A DNA stretch of 60,451 bases, counting the filler. It is 7 parts of 7 records of this genome, joined end to end, with 100 filler letters (N's around TTAATTAATTAA, not from the genome) between each part and the next. Parts side by side here need not be neighbours in the genome. Positions count along the whole stretch, not along the records: positions 1 to 6,553 come from SRR31156797_9467; positions 6,654 to 19,791 come from SRR31156797_9469; 5 more parts are not named here. One strand, given 5' to 3'. Numbering within the stretch: the first letter of the stretch is position 1; each line of letters begins with the position of its first letter. The notes beneath the pieces were generated by a model that was not told the DNA's origin, ran no database searches, and was given only the letters and a program-made list of their open reading frames with translations. Of the stretch, positions 1-9,245 are shown piece by piece. A program made the translations under genes and the position numbers.

Positions 1-1230
1 TTCTACATTTATAGGTTCTTCATGTCCATGATGTGCATAAATACTATTTATAACTGTATCTGGTTCATCATATCTTTTACAGATTTCTGCACCTAAATCT
101 ACATGGCTTCCTGGCATCTCGTGAGTTAAAGCTTTACCAATATCATGTAACAACCCTGCTCTTCTAGCAAGAACTGGATCTCCACCCATTTGAGCTGCAA
201 GTAATCCAGCTAAATGAGCTACTTCTAAAGTATGTGCTAATGCATTTTGTCCATAAGAAGCTCTGTATCTTAATCTACCAACAAGTTGAATCAACTCTGG
301 GTGCATAGATTTGATACCAAGTTCAATAACAACATCTTCACCCTCTTTTTTGATATTTTTATCAAATTCAAGTTTTACTTTATGGTAAATCTCTTCAATT
401 CTAGCAGGTTGAATTCTTCCGTCTTCTAACAAGGCCTGAATTGTTTTTGTTGCAATTGCTCTTCTGTAAAGATTAAAAGATGAAATAGTGATAGTATTTG
501 GTGTATCATCAATAATAATATCGACACCTAAAAGCATCTCTAGTGCTTTAATATTTCTACCCTCTTTACCAATAATCTTACCTTTAGTTTCCTCATCACT
601 TAAAGGTATATTATTGATTAATCTTTCTGCTGCAAACTCTCCTGCATATCGTGTAACTGCATGAGATAACATATTGTTAACCTCTTCTTTACACTTTTGC
701 TCTTCAAGTTTGTATTTTTTTCTAAAAATTGAAGCAATTTTTGCTCTGCTATCCTCTTTTACTTGCTCTAGCATAAGCTCTTTTGCTTCTTCTTCTGTTA
801 GTCCAGAAGCATTTTCTAAAACTTTGATTGCTTTAGAAATTTTCTCTTCATAAGTTTTTTGTTGTCTTTTTAAACCCTCTTTGATTGTTGTAACTTTTTC
901 ATTTTTTTCAACAATCTGAGCTTTTTGCTCTTTTATAGCTCTTAATTCAGACTCCAAATGATGATTTAGCTCTTTCTCTTTTCTTTCGATTTTAGAAAGC
1001 ATCTCATCATATTCTCTTTTTGCACTTTTAAACTCTCTGTCGTAATCTCTTTTTGCCCTGATTTGAGCATCTTTTAGTACAACTTCTGCTTCATGCTCTA
1101 TAACTTTTGCTTTTGCTTTTGCTTGTTCAATGTATATATCAAGTTTTGCTTTATTGATTTTTTTAAGAACAAATATGGTGATTGCAACACTTAATATTGC
1201 TACAACTACCCCAACTATTACTAACTCCAT
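1..1230 (-). CDS. rny: Ribonuclease Y (3'-truncated at window edge; absent from ORF track)
   Basis: Manual translation from ATG at 1230: MELVIVGVVVAILSVAITIFVL (TM anchor), coiled coil, KH domain KGKIIGKEGRNIKALE, HD domain RASYGQNALAH...RRAGLLHDIGKA...YAHHG. Confidence 0.96.
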   Translation of the reverse strand, partial: MELVIVGVVVAILSVAITIFVLKKINKAKLDIYIEQAKAKAKVIEHEAEVVLKDAQIRAKRDYDREFKSAKREYDEMLSKIERKEKELNHHLESELRAIKEQKAQIVEKNEKVTTIKEGLKRQQKTYEEKISKAIKVLENASGLTEEEAKELMLEQVKEDSRAKIASIFRKKYKLEEQKCKEEVNNMLSHAVTRYAGEFAAERLINNIPLSDEETKGKIIGKEGRNIKALEMLLGVDIIIDDTPNTITISSFNLYRRAIATKTIQALLEDGRIQPARIEEIYHKVKLEFDKNIKKEGEDVVIELGIKSMHPELIQLVGRLRYRASYGQNALAHTLEVAHLAGLLAAQMGGDPVLARRAGLLHDIGKALTHEMPGSHVDLGAEICKRYDEPDTVINSIYAHHGHEEPINVE

Positions 1231-1240
1231 ATTCAAAACC

Positions 1241-1777
1241 TTAATTTGTAATTATATAATCAGCTTGAATATCGTACTTATCAGTTAGAATTTCATTTGC
1301 CATACAAAGTGTTAATTGAGTAAAAACAATAACAGGTCTATAACCTAACCTATAAAAAAATCTATCATACATTCCACGACCAAAACCAATTCTTTTGCAT
1401 TCTTTATCAACCCCCACTACAGGAACAATTGCTAAATCAATCTTCCTTTGAACACAAAAAGAGTTTCTAGGCTCTTTTATTCCAAATCTCTTGGTTTCTA
1501 ATGGTAATCTATATTTTACTAATTTAAAACTGTCCTCAACCATAAAAGGAACATAGACATTTTTCTGTTCCTTTCTTAAATAACTTATCAAAGGAAGTAC
1601 ATCAACTTCCATCTCCATAGGAATATATAACAAAATATTTTTTGCGTTATATTTGTCTATTATGTTTTTTAAATCTTTTACTGTTTTTTTCTCTTTGCTA
1701 AACTTTAAAAAGCGGCTTGTAAACTCTAATCTTTTTATACACGATTTTCTAAAATCACTCTTGTGACTTCTTTCCAT
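1241..1777 (-). CDS. 5-formyltetrahydrofolate cyclo-ligase
   Basis: FGIKEP and DLAIVPVVGVD...RIGFGRGMYDRF motifs; immediately upstream of rny on the same strand. Confidence 0.93.
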   Translation of the reverse strand: MERSHKSDFRKSCIKRLEFTSRFLKFSKEKKTVKDLKNIIDKYNAKNILLYIPMEMEVDVLPLISYLRKEQKNVYVPFMVEDSFKLVKYRLPLETKRFGIKEPRNSFCVQRKIDLAIVPVVGVDKECKRIGFGRGMYDRFFYRLGYRPVIVFTQLTLCMANEILTDKYDIQADYIITN

Positions 1778-1837
1778 ATTTAAGCCTTACTTGGGTAAAC
1801 TTCTTACCTTAAATTATTTTACCAACAAGGAATTAAA

Positions 1838-2404
1838 ATGCAGTTTAAAAAAATGGCATTTTTCTTAATTTCAGCTATCTTACTGGTTACTGGATGTGAT
1901 TCAAAGAAAGATAATGATGATAATAACAAAGAAAATGTTAGTCAAGAAAAAGAAGTAAAAGTTACAATCAAAACTCAAACAATACCAACAATAACTTTAG
2001 AAAAGACTACAAATGGTGTCAAGTTTGAAGGATTAGAAAATAAAGTTGTGCTTCTTAACTTTTTTGCGACTTGGTGCCCACCTTGTAAGGCAGAAATACC
2101 ACATTTGATAAATTTAAGAAAGAAATATAAAGGTAAATTTGAGATTCTTGCATTAAATATGGGAGACAAAAGTGGTGTTATTTCAAAAGATGAAGAAATA
2201 AAAAACTTTATAAGTGAATTTGGTATCGATTATCCAGTTTCAAATGATAAAAATAATTTTAAAATCTCTGAGATGATGGGTAATATTCAAGTGATACCAA
2301 CAATGTTTCTTTTTGATACAAAAGGGAACCTAGTACAAAAATATGTAGGTGTTGTTCCTGAAGAGATGATGGAAACAGATATAAAAAAAGCATTAGGAAA
2401 ATAA
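1838..2404 (+). CDS. TlpA/ResA-family thiol-disulfide oxidoreductase lipoprotein
   Basis: Lipobox LVTGC; LLNFFATWCPPCKAEIP (CxxC); IPTMFLFD cis-Pro loop. Confidence 0.92.
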   Translation: MQFKKMAFFLISAILLVTGCDSKKDNDDNNKENVSQEKEVKVTIKTQTIPTITLEKTTNGVKFEGLENKVVLLNFFATWCPPCKAEIPHLINLRKKYKGKFEILALNMGDKSGVISKDEEIKNFISEFGIDYPVSNDKNNFKISEMMGNIQVIPTMFLFDTKGNLVQKYVGVVPEEMMETDIKKALGK

Positions 2405-2407
2405 TAT

Positions 2408-3451
2408 ATGTTCAGTTTTTTCAAAAAGAAAGATGAAAAAAAAGAAGAGCTATTAGAAGAAAATAATAGTGAAATCATAGAAAACAAAGATGAAGAACTT
2501 CAATCTTCTCAAGAGTTTAAAGAAGAAGAACCTATTGTTGAAGAAACTACTCAAGACACAGAAGAGGAAAACTCAAAAGGTTTCTTCTCTAAAGCTTTAT
2601 CAAAAACATTTGAAAACATAAAATCAGTTGTTCCACAAAAAAAAGAAAAAATAGCTTTTGATGATATTGAAGAGCTTCTTATTGAAGCAGATATGGAATA
2701 TGAAATCATAGAAAAAGCTATGGATGGACTTCCTGAATTTATTACAAGAAAGCAATTAAGACACAGACTTGTAATGTTATTTGAACATGCACCCGAAGTT
2801 GATATGTCAAATCTTCCTAAACCCTTTGTAAGACTTGTTATTGGAGTAAATGGGGCAGGTAAAACTACAACTATTGCAAAACTTGCAAATAGATCAAAAA
2901 AAGAGAACAAAAGTGTTATTCTAGGTGCAGGAGATACATTTAGGGCTGCAGCTATTGAGCAACTATCAACTTGGGCAGATAAACTTGAAGTTCCAATTAT
3001 CAAAACAAAACAAGGTCATGATGCTAGTGCAGTTGCTTATGATACTATTTCATCTGCAGTAGCTAAAAATATTGACAATGTTATTATCGATACAGCAGGA
3101 AGACTTCAAACTCAAACTAACTTAAACAATGAGCTTAAAAAGATTGTTAGAGTTTGTTCAAAAGCTATGCCTGATGCTCCACACCAAAAACTTTTAATAA
3201 TAGATGGAACACAAGGAAACTCTGCTATTGCTCAAGCAAAAGCATTTAATGAGATGGTTGAAGTAAATGGTATCATTGTTACAAAACTTGATGGTACAGC
3301 AAAAGGTGGAGCATTGTTCTCTATTTCAAATCAACTTGAACTTCCAATTTTTTATGTAGGGGTTGGAGAAACTGCAAATGATTTAGTTGAGTTTAGCCCT
3401 GATAACTTTGTAGACTCATTATTAGACGAAATCTATACACCTGATAACTAA
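2408..3451 (+). CDS. ftsY: Signal recognition particle receptor FtsY
   Basis: Acidic N-terminus; GVNGAGKTTTIAKLA, DTFRAAA, DTAGR, TKLDGTAKGG. Confidence 0.97.
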   Translation: MFSFFKKKDEKKEELLEENNSEIIENKDEELQSSQEFKEEEPIVEETTQDTEEENSKGFFSKALSKTFENIKSVVPQKKEKIAFDDIEELLIEADMEYEIIEKAMDGLPEFITRKQLRHRLVMLFEHAPEVDMSNLPKPFVRLVIGVNGAGKTTTIAKLANRSKKENKSVILGAGDTFRAAAIEQLSTWADKLEVPIIKTKQGHDASAVAYDTISSAVAKNIDNVIIDTAGRLQTQTNLNNELKKIVRVCSKAMPDAPHQKLLIIDGTQGNSAIAQAKAFNEMVEVNGIIVTKLDGTAKGGALFSISNQLELPIFYVGVGETANDLVEFSPDNFVDSLLDEIYTPDN

Positions 3452-3468
3452 TACAAAAAAGGTAAGTT

Positions 3469-4359
3469 GTGTTCAAAACAAAAAAGCTCAACTACCTTTT
3501 TCTTCTTATCTTTACAGCTTTATGTTTCATAGGGTTTATTTTATATATTTTAATTAATATTAACAGTGATAAAAAACTAATATCATCTTTAGAAAACTCT
3601 TTACAACTTACCAAAAATCTTTTAGAAGAGCAAAAAAGATATGCTTTATCTTTATCTTTACTTATTTCTGAAGATAAAGAGTTTTTAGAAAGTTTTAAAA
3701 ATAAAAATAGAGAGCAAAGTTTTAAAATAATAAATCAAAAAATCAAAAGACTAAAACAACTTCAAAATAGTTTTTTTGAAGTTCAAGTTCATGATGAAAA
3801 CCTAAACACTTATATAAGAAGTTGGGATTTAAGTATAAAAGATATCCCTTTATCATCTTTTAGAAAAGGTTTAGTAAAAGTTAAAAACTCTTTAGAACCA
3901 TTAGCATCAATTGAGTTAGGAAAAAGACTAAATATCAAAGCGATAACACCTTTGATTGAAGATAATAGATTTATTGGTTCACTTGAGATTATTATTGGGT
4001 TTGATTATTTGGAAAAACAGTTAAAAGAGAAAGGTTTTTCTTCATATATTCTTTTACAAAACAAATACCTAAATATTGCTGATTCTTTAAAAAACAATCC
4101 CAAAATTGGTAATTTTACTTTAGTTAATGAAGAGAATAAAAATACAAAATATCTAAAAGATATAAACCTTTCAAAACTAAAAGATTATGGATATTTTACA
4201 AATGCACAAAAAGCATTTAGCTACTTTACTTTGTACTCTTTAGATAGACAAAAACTAGGATATATAATAATCTCTTTGGAAAATAAAGATAATATACAAA
4301 TACATAGTTCTTACGAAAATAGAATAGAAAACGATAATAATGGGATTATAATAGAATGA
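3469..4359 (+). CDS. Membrane-anchored stand-alone Cache (dCache_3-like) domain protein
   Basis: One N-terminal TM, then VQVHD...YIRSW...LSSFR...IELGKRLNIKAITPL...IGSLE pattern of dCache_3; no second TM or output domain; stop overlaps the next ATG (ATGA). Confidence 0.75.
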   Translation: MFKTKKLNYLFLLIFTALCFIGFILYILININSDKKLISSLENSLQLTKNLLEEQKRYALSLSLLISEDKEFLESFKNKNREQSFKIINQKIKRLKQLQNSFFEVQVHDENLNTYIRSWDLSIKDIPLSSFRKGLVKVKNSLEPLASIELGKRLNIKAITPLIEDNRFIGSLEIIIGFDYLEKQLKEKGFSSYILLQNKYLNIADSLKNNPKIGNFTLVNEENKNTKYLKDINLSKLKDYGYFTNAQKAFSYFTLYSLDRQKLGYIIISLENKDNIQIHSSYENRIENDNNGIIIE

Positions 4360-5021
4360 ATATACTTTTGTTAGAAGATGATTTTGATTATAAAAACAGT
4401 ATAAAAGAATATCTTGAATCTTTAGAATACAATGTTGATGATTTTGAAAATGGAGATGAAGCTTTTGATGCAATATATGAAAAAAACTATCACCTTCTAA
4501 TACTTGATATTAGAGTTCCTGGTCAAAATGGTTATGAGATAGTAAAAGCACTAAGGGAAAACAATAACAATATTCCAGTTATATTTATAACTTCACTAAC
4601 AGATATCAATAATCTAAGTATGGGGTATGAATTAGGTTGCAATGATTACATCAAAAAACCCTTTTCACCTAAAGAGTTAAAATATAGAGTTGAACAACTT
4701 ATTAAAACTTTTTATTTCTCTTCAAACCAAAAAAGAATCAAAATAGATGATATTTTTTCTTATGATACAACTTCAATGCAACTACTAAAAAATGATGAAA
4801 TTGTAAGTCTTACTAAAAAAGAGTTGGAACTTGTATTTTGTTTACTTAGTAGGAAAAACTGTTATGTTTCTATGGAAGAACTAAGATGTGAAGTTTGGGA
4901 AGACAAATATATAAATGAAGCAGATATTAGAGTTTTTATAAAAAATATCAGAACTAAAACCTCAAAAGAGTTTATTGAAAATAAAAGAGGATTAGGATAC
5001 AAAATTGCAAGAGTTAACTAG
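4356..5021 (+). CDS. OmpR/PhoB-family response regulator
   Basis: LLLEDD...LILDIRVP...DYIKKPF receiver; C-terminal winged helix ending IENKRGLGYKI. Confidence 0.95.
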   Translation: MNILLLEDDFDYKNSIKEYLESLEYNVDDFENGDEAFDAIYEKNYHLLILDIRVPGQNGYEIVKALRENNNNIPVIFITSLTDINNLSMGYELGCNDYIKKPFSPKELKYRVEQLIKTFYFSSNQKRIKIDDIFSYDTTSMQLLKNDEIVSLTKKELELVFCLLSRKNCYVSMEELRCEVWEDKYINEADIRVFIKNIRTKTSKEFIENKRGLGYKIARVN

Positions 5022-6126
5022 CAAAAACCATTTAGTAAAACTCTCACTAATATATACATTTTTAACAATAATACTTATTTGTATTCCTGCGTATTTTTAT
5101 ATGCAAGGGGAGATAAAAAACTATAAATTCAACCAAACAAACCTCTTAAATCAATATTCACTCAATATCCAAAGAGCGATATATGATTTTAACAATTCAA
5201 AAAACAATATATTTCATTTTCCAAAGTCATTTAGTTTTGAAGCTAAACTTTTAGACAAAAAAAACAAACTAATTTATGCAACAAATAAAATCTCACAAAA
5301 AGATGAAATCACAAAAAGTTTCACTCTAAATGAAAACAGACTAAATGCCCAAAATTTATTGATATCTTATAAGTTAGATTTTAAAGAGATATATCTAAAA
5401 ATAATGGTTTTGACTTTAAGTATTGGATTATTTATATTTATAAGTGCCTATTTAATTTTAAAACAATCCATAATTCCTTATAAAAAAGCAAATAGATATC
5501 TTGATAGATTTTTTAATGACGCAATGCATGAACTAAAAACACCTTTAGGAGTATTACAACTAAACCTAGAAATTTTAGATGAAAAACTAGATAAATCAAA
5601 AGAGTTAAATCGTTCTTTAAATGCTGTAAAATCGCTATTATTAACTTATGATGATATTGAATATCTTATGAAAGAAAAAAGAGTTTCATACACAAAAGAG
5701 AATGTTGACTTTTCATACTTTTTGAACCAAAGAGTTGAGATGTTTGAAAGTTTGGCAAACTCAAAAAATATCACAATTAAAAAATTTATAGAAGCTGATA
5801 TTAACCTTGAAATAAACAGAATAGAACTTCAAAGAATAATTGATAATACAATTTCAAATGCAATAAAATATTCAAACGAAAACTCAGAAATTATTGTAAA
5901 TCTAAAAAAAGAAAAAACGAAGATTTTATTTATAGTTCAAGACTTTGGAAAAGGGATTGAAAATACAGATAAAATATTTAATCGATATTATCGAGAAGAA
6001 AGTATAAAAGGTGGTTTTGGAATTGGTTTAAATATAGTAAAAAATATTTGTCAAAAAAACAATATTACAATAAAAGTTGAATCAAAACTAAAACAAGGTT
6101 CAACCTTTTCTTTCTTTTTTTCTTAA
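5005..6126 (+). CDS. Sensor histidine kinase
   Basis: Two TMs; H-box DAMHELKTPL; N-box NTISNAIKYS; DFGKGI; GGFGIGLNIV; TTG start overlapping the regulator. Confidence 0.95.
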   Translation: MQELTSKNHLVKLSLIYTFLTIILICIPAYFYMQGEIKNYKFNQTNLLNQYSLNIQRAIYDFNNSKNNIFHFPKSFSFEAKLLDKKNKLIYATNKISQKDEITKSFTLNENRLNAQNLLISYKLDFKEIYLKIMVLTLSIGLFIFISAYLILKQSIIPYKKANRYLDRFFNDAMHELKTPLGVLQLNLEILDEKLDKSKELNRSLNAVKSLLLTYDDIEYLMKEKRVSYTKENVDFSYFLNQRVEMFESLANSKNITIKKFIEADINLEINRIELQRIIDNTISNAIKYSNENSEIIVNLKKEKTKILFIVQDFGKGIENTDKIFNRYYREESIKGGFGIGLNIVKNICQKNNITIKVESKLKQGSTFSFFFS

Positions 6127-6159
6127 TTTAATCTTAAATCTTATATATAAAAAACAACT

Positions 6160-6185
6160 TTTAATTTACATTCAATTGTTAAAAT
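6160..6185 (+). promoter_or_regulatory. Candidate tsdA promoter: extended -10 TGnTAAAAT preceded by an 11-bp-spaced TT(T/C)AATT direct repeat
   Basis: TTTAATT 6160-6166, TTCAATT 6171-6177, TGTTAAAAT 6177-6185; AAGGAG RBS before ATG 6209. The region is AT-rich, so chance is possible. Confidence 0.4.
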
Positions 6186-6208
6186 TGTAGAAATTAAAAG
6201 GAGAAGAT

Positions 6209-6553
6209 ATGAAAACTTTAATTTCAATACTATTACTTGCATCTTTTGCATGTGCTTCACAAATACCAAATAAAGCACCAAAAGATTATCCTACTGGACC
6301 TTTAGGTGAGTTAGTAAAACTTGGTGAAGATATCATGAATAACACTGATACTCATCCACTTACAAAAGATTTAGTAGGAAATAAACTTCAATGTAAAAGT
6401 TGCCACTTAAAAGGTGTTGATGGTAAACCTGGAACTGCAGATGGAATCTCAAGTTGGATTGGAACTGCAGCAACTTTTCCAGCATGGTCAAAAAGGGAAA
6501 AATCTGTTCAATCTCTTCAAGATAGATCAAATAACTGTTTTATGAGAAGTATG
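6209..6553 (+). CDS. tsdA: TsdA-family cytochrome c (thiosulfate dehydrogenase/tetrathionate reductase), N-terminal part, truncated by contig end
   Basis: Signal peptide; VGNKLQCKSCH heme motif; LQDRSNNCFMRSM matches the TsdA RINxCFxRSMNG motif carrying the heme-ligating Cys. Confidence 0.82.
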
Positions 6554-6653
6554 NNNNNNNNNNNNNNNNNNNNNNNNNNNNNNNNNNNNNNNNNNNNTTA
6601 ATTAATTAANNNNNNNNNNNNNNNNNNNNNNNNNNNNNNNNNNNNNNNNNNNN
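6554..6653. other. Artificial contig spacer
   Basis: 44 N + TTAATTAATTAA (stops in all six frames) + 44 N. Confidence 0.99.
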
Positions 6654-6719
6654 TGGTAGACGCGCTGGTCTCAAACACCAGTGGGGCAACCCGTGCCGGT
6701 TCGATCCCGGCCCTGGGTA
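6654..6719 (+). tRNA. tRNA-Leu(CAA), 5'-truncated
   Basis: D-loop TGGTAGAC; anticodon arm CTGGT-CTCAAAC-ACCAG; long variable arm GGG-GCAA-CCC; T arm GCCGG-TTCGATC-CCGGC; acceptor 3' strand CCTGGGT-A; CCA not encoded. Confidence 0.95.
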
Positions 6720-6722
6720 CAC

Positions 6723-6759
6723 AAAAATCCTTTCGAAGATAATTCGAGAGGATTTTTTT
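6723..6759 (+). terminator. Intrinsic terminator after tRNA
   Basis: AAAAATCCTTTCGAA-gataa-TTCGAGAGGATTTTT with T-tract. Confidence 0.8.
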
Positions 6760-6802
6760 ATGGACCAAACTTAAATTTTACATTCTTTAACAACTCTTCT
6801 CA

Positions 6803-6831
6803 TTTGTTAACCGAAATGTTAAGTAGATTTG
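6803..6831 (+). promoter_or_regulatory. Bacteroidota sigmaA-type promoter (-33 TTTG / -7 TAnnTTTG)
   Basis: TTTG 6803-6806 and TAGATTTG 6824-6831. Confidence 0.6.
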
Positions 6832-6835
6832 TTAT

Positions 6836-6927
6836 TAACGAAACGAAAGAAATTAGATTAGGTTTTTTCATAGAATAATAGATTAGGATTTAAAATAGAT
6901 ACCCGGCTTTTTAAGCTGGGTTTTTTA
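6836..6927 (+). ncRNA. Candidate ~90-nt small RNA
   Basis: Lies between the promoter above and the terminator ACCCGGCTT-ttt-AAGCTGGGT-TTTTT (6901-6926); no ATG-initiated ORF; two TAGATTAGG repeats flank TTTTTTCAT. Confidence 0.55.
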
Positions 6928-7124
6928 TTTTAAACTCACTAGGAATTAATTTGGATTGAGTAAAAATATAGCAGTTCACTTTATTTACTTGCCAATTAAT
7001 TAAAGGTCTTTCTTGTGTTGAAATAATTTATTTTAATTATGCTACATAATTAACTAAACATATTTTGTAGATTTGTGTATAAGATCAAAGTTTAATCTTT
7101 ATTAAATCTCTAAATTATTGAATC

Positions 7125-7571
7125 ATGAAAAAATCAATTGTTATACTTTTTGTTTTGATTGGGTTCTCGTTAAGTGCGCAAAACACAAAATTTGAAATAG
7201 TAAAGGAATTTGTTTCTGGAGTAATCACTTTTAATGACGAGTTTGCTGATTTGGGTCAACCTATTGCTACTATTAATGAGTTAGCAGAAAAACAGGCTGA
7301 CAAAACAGTAGAGCTAACCAAAGAGAATATTACGGAAACTCTTGCCTTGGCTAAAAATTATAAAACCTGTATTATCACTGTTGGTGTTCATACCATCGTT
7401 AAAATTACAGATTTGGACGATTGTAGTCCGAGTGGAGCTTGGGGTGCATGTATGCCTAAAGGAACCGGATACGTTCAAAAAGCTGGTATTTTAAATGAAA
7501 AGAGCGACTATATTAAAAATATTATTGGTCGTCCAGGATCACAAGAAAGAAAAGTTTATCTGTTTAAATAG
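7125..7571 (+). CDS. Secreted hypothetical protein
   Basis: Sec signal (SLSA-Q); own promoter-like TAGATTTG 7068-7075; motif DCSPSGAWGACMPKG. Confidence 0.85.
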   Translation: MKKSIVILFVLIGFSLSAQNTKFEIVKEFVSGVITFNDEFADLGQPIATINELAEKQADKTVELTKENITETLALAKNYKTCIITVGVHTIVKITDLDDCSPSGAWGACMPKGTGYVQKAGILNEKSDYIKNIIGRPGSQERKVYLFK

Positions 7572-7587
7572 ATCGAATTAGAAATAT

Positions 7588-7628
7588 AAATAAGCCCCAA
7601 TCCGTAAATTCCGGATTGGGGCTTATTT
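7588..7628. terminator. Bidirectional terminator
   Basis: AAATAAGCCCCAATCCG-loop-CGGATTGGGGCTTATTT between convergent genes. Confidence 0.85.
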
Positions 7629-7644
7629 TATGGTGTATCTTGCT

Positions 7645-9231
7645 TTATTGATAGGAATAAATTTCGAAGGTTACTCGTCTGTTATTCGCTCTACTTTTAT
7701 TGTCTTTATTTTCCACGATAGGAAGTCTTTCGCCATGAGGGACAATAATTACACGATTATCAGGAACTCCATTCAAGATCAAATAATTTTTAACTGTAAG
7801 CAAGCGCTTGTAAGCCAGTTCAACATTCGAACGGTCCGAACCTATGTCATCGGTATGTCCGTGCATTTTAAGGATGTAAGAATCATTTTCTACCATCATT
7901 TTAATAACGGTTACCAGCTTTCTTCTGGAGTATTCTGTCAACTGATATTTTCCAAAGGCGAAATAGACATTTTCCAACCTTTCTTCCATTTCAATTCGCT
8001 CTTCTTTTTGTTCCGGACAACCGTTGTTTATTCTGCTTCCAGGTGTTTCTGGACAGAAATCTTCACTATCCACTACGCCATCATCATCGGAATCAACAGG
8101 ACAGCCATGTTCATCCACAATATAGAATGGAGGAGTTGAAGGACACTCATCAATTTCATCTGGAATTCCATCTCTGTCTTCATCAGATTGCTTGTCACTC
8201 TTTTCCATTTGCTCCAGTTCGTGACGCAATCGATCAATTTTCTTGTACTTTTCAGCAAGAAGAGTTTTTAATGTACTTACATCATTATCAAGAATACGAT
8301 CTGGCTCTTTTTTAGCTTTTCTTTTTAATTTGTATCCGATAAGAAATTCATGATTGTTTGAAGCATAACGCCCTGTTTTTTGTATTCCAATATCGTAAGC
8401 ATATCCCACTGTGAAATTTTTTAATACCTGAACGCCTAAGTTAAGACCAATTGAATATTCATCACGATAACTCAGAGCAAACCAGCCTTTGTTAGCTAAT
8501 TCTGCTATTACATTCACATCATATTGCACAGGAGAACTATCGGCATAACGCAACATTACATAGGGTGTAATGCTAAGATCTTTTACTTTTTTTATTGGAA
8601 TTTTATATCCACCAGTTAGCATGGCATGACGAACCAATTCGTAAGATGATTCGCTGTCATTTTCGCTTCCATCAATTGAATTGTTGAGTAATTGCGGAAT
8701 GGTAAGACCAATAACTAGGTTTTTATGAGTATAATAAACACCCATATTAGCCATGAATTCGGTGTTCTTGTAATTTGTATTGATAAGGTAAGGATCGTTA
8801 GGATTTGCTTGTACTTCGTTCATATTTACCCTAAAATCTGATATCCCGGCTGAGATACCCAATCGTAAATAGTGATCGGTTGAAATTTTTAACCGATAAG
8901 CATAACTCAATGTTGCTTGAGTGTTGTTAAAAATACCAACATCATCGTTGGTAAGATTAAATCCGGCTCCGTATTTTCCCTCTTTTAGCTCAGCGTCAGC
9001 GGTAAAAAGATGAGTTACCTGCCCGCCATCAAAACCAGAAAATTTCTGATTTCGCAATAAATAGGCATTAAATAAACCATTTGCCCCAGCTGCAGACGGA
9101 TTGTAAAAAGTTGGATTGATATAATACTGATCCAGCAATGGAACCTGTTGAGCCTTGCTTGACTTTAGATTAAGTCCAAGGAACAGTAACAAATAGATGA
9201 AAATGTATTTAGTGGTGTAGAATTTTTTCAT
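7645..9231 (-). CDS. PorP/SprF-family T9SS membrane protein fused to TSP3-like repeats and an OmpA-like C-terminal domain
   Basis: QQVPLLDQYYINPTFYNPSAAG...GYAYD...HEFLIGY barrel; DEDRDGIPDEIDECP repeats; GHTDDIGS...NRRV OmpA_C motifs. Confidence 0.9.
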   Translation of the reverse strand: MKKFYTTKYIFIYLLLFLGLNLKSSKAQQVPLLDQYYINPTFYNPSAAGANGLFNAYLLRNQKFSGFDGGQVTHLFTADAELKEGKYGAGFNLTNDDVGIFNNTQATLSYAYRLKISTDHYLRLGISAGISDFRVNMNEVQANPNDPYLINTNYKNTEFMANMGVYYTHKNLVIGLTIPQLLNNSIDGSENDSESSYELVRHAMLTGGYKIPIKKVKDLSITPYVMLRYADSSPVQYDVNVIAELANKGWFALSYRDEYSIGLNLGVQVLKNFTVGYAYDIGIQKTGRYASNNHEFLIGYKLKRKAKKEPDRILDNDVSTLKTLLAEKYKKIDRLRHELEQMEKSDKQSDEDRDGIPDEIDECPSTPPFYIVDEHGCPVDSDDDGVVDSEDFCPETPGSRINNGCPEQKEERIEMEERLENVYFAFGKYQLTEYSRRKLVTVIKMMVENDSYILKMHGHTDDIGSDRSNVELAYKRLLTVKNYLILNGVPDNRVIIVPHGERLPIVENKDNKSRANNRRVTFEIYSYQ

Positions 9232-9245
9232 TCAGTAGGGGATTA

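Noticed and set aside
1778..1837. 6S RNA upstream of the 5-formyl-THF cyclo-ligase gene
   Set aside because: Divergent gap is only 60 bp, too short.
6598..6609. TTAATTAATTAA repeated six times in the window
   Set aside because: Always centred in 44+44 N; an artificial all-frame stop linker.
6681..6878. 65-aa ORF in the track
   Set aside because: Overlaps the tRNA, its terminator and a promoter; spurious.
7630..8315. Antisense and alternate-frame ORFs here and throughout (e.g. 2551-3003, 31643-32005, 38427-38936, 57119-57550)
   Set aside because: Shadows of well-supported genes, with no motifs or translation signals.
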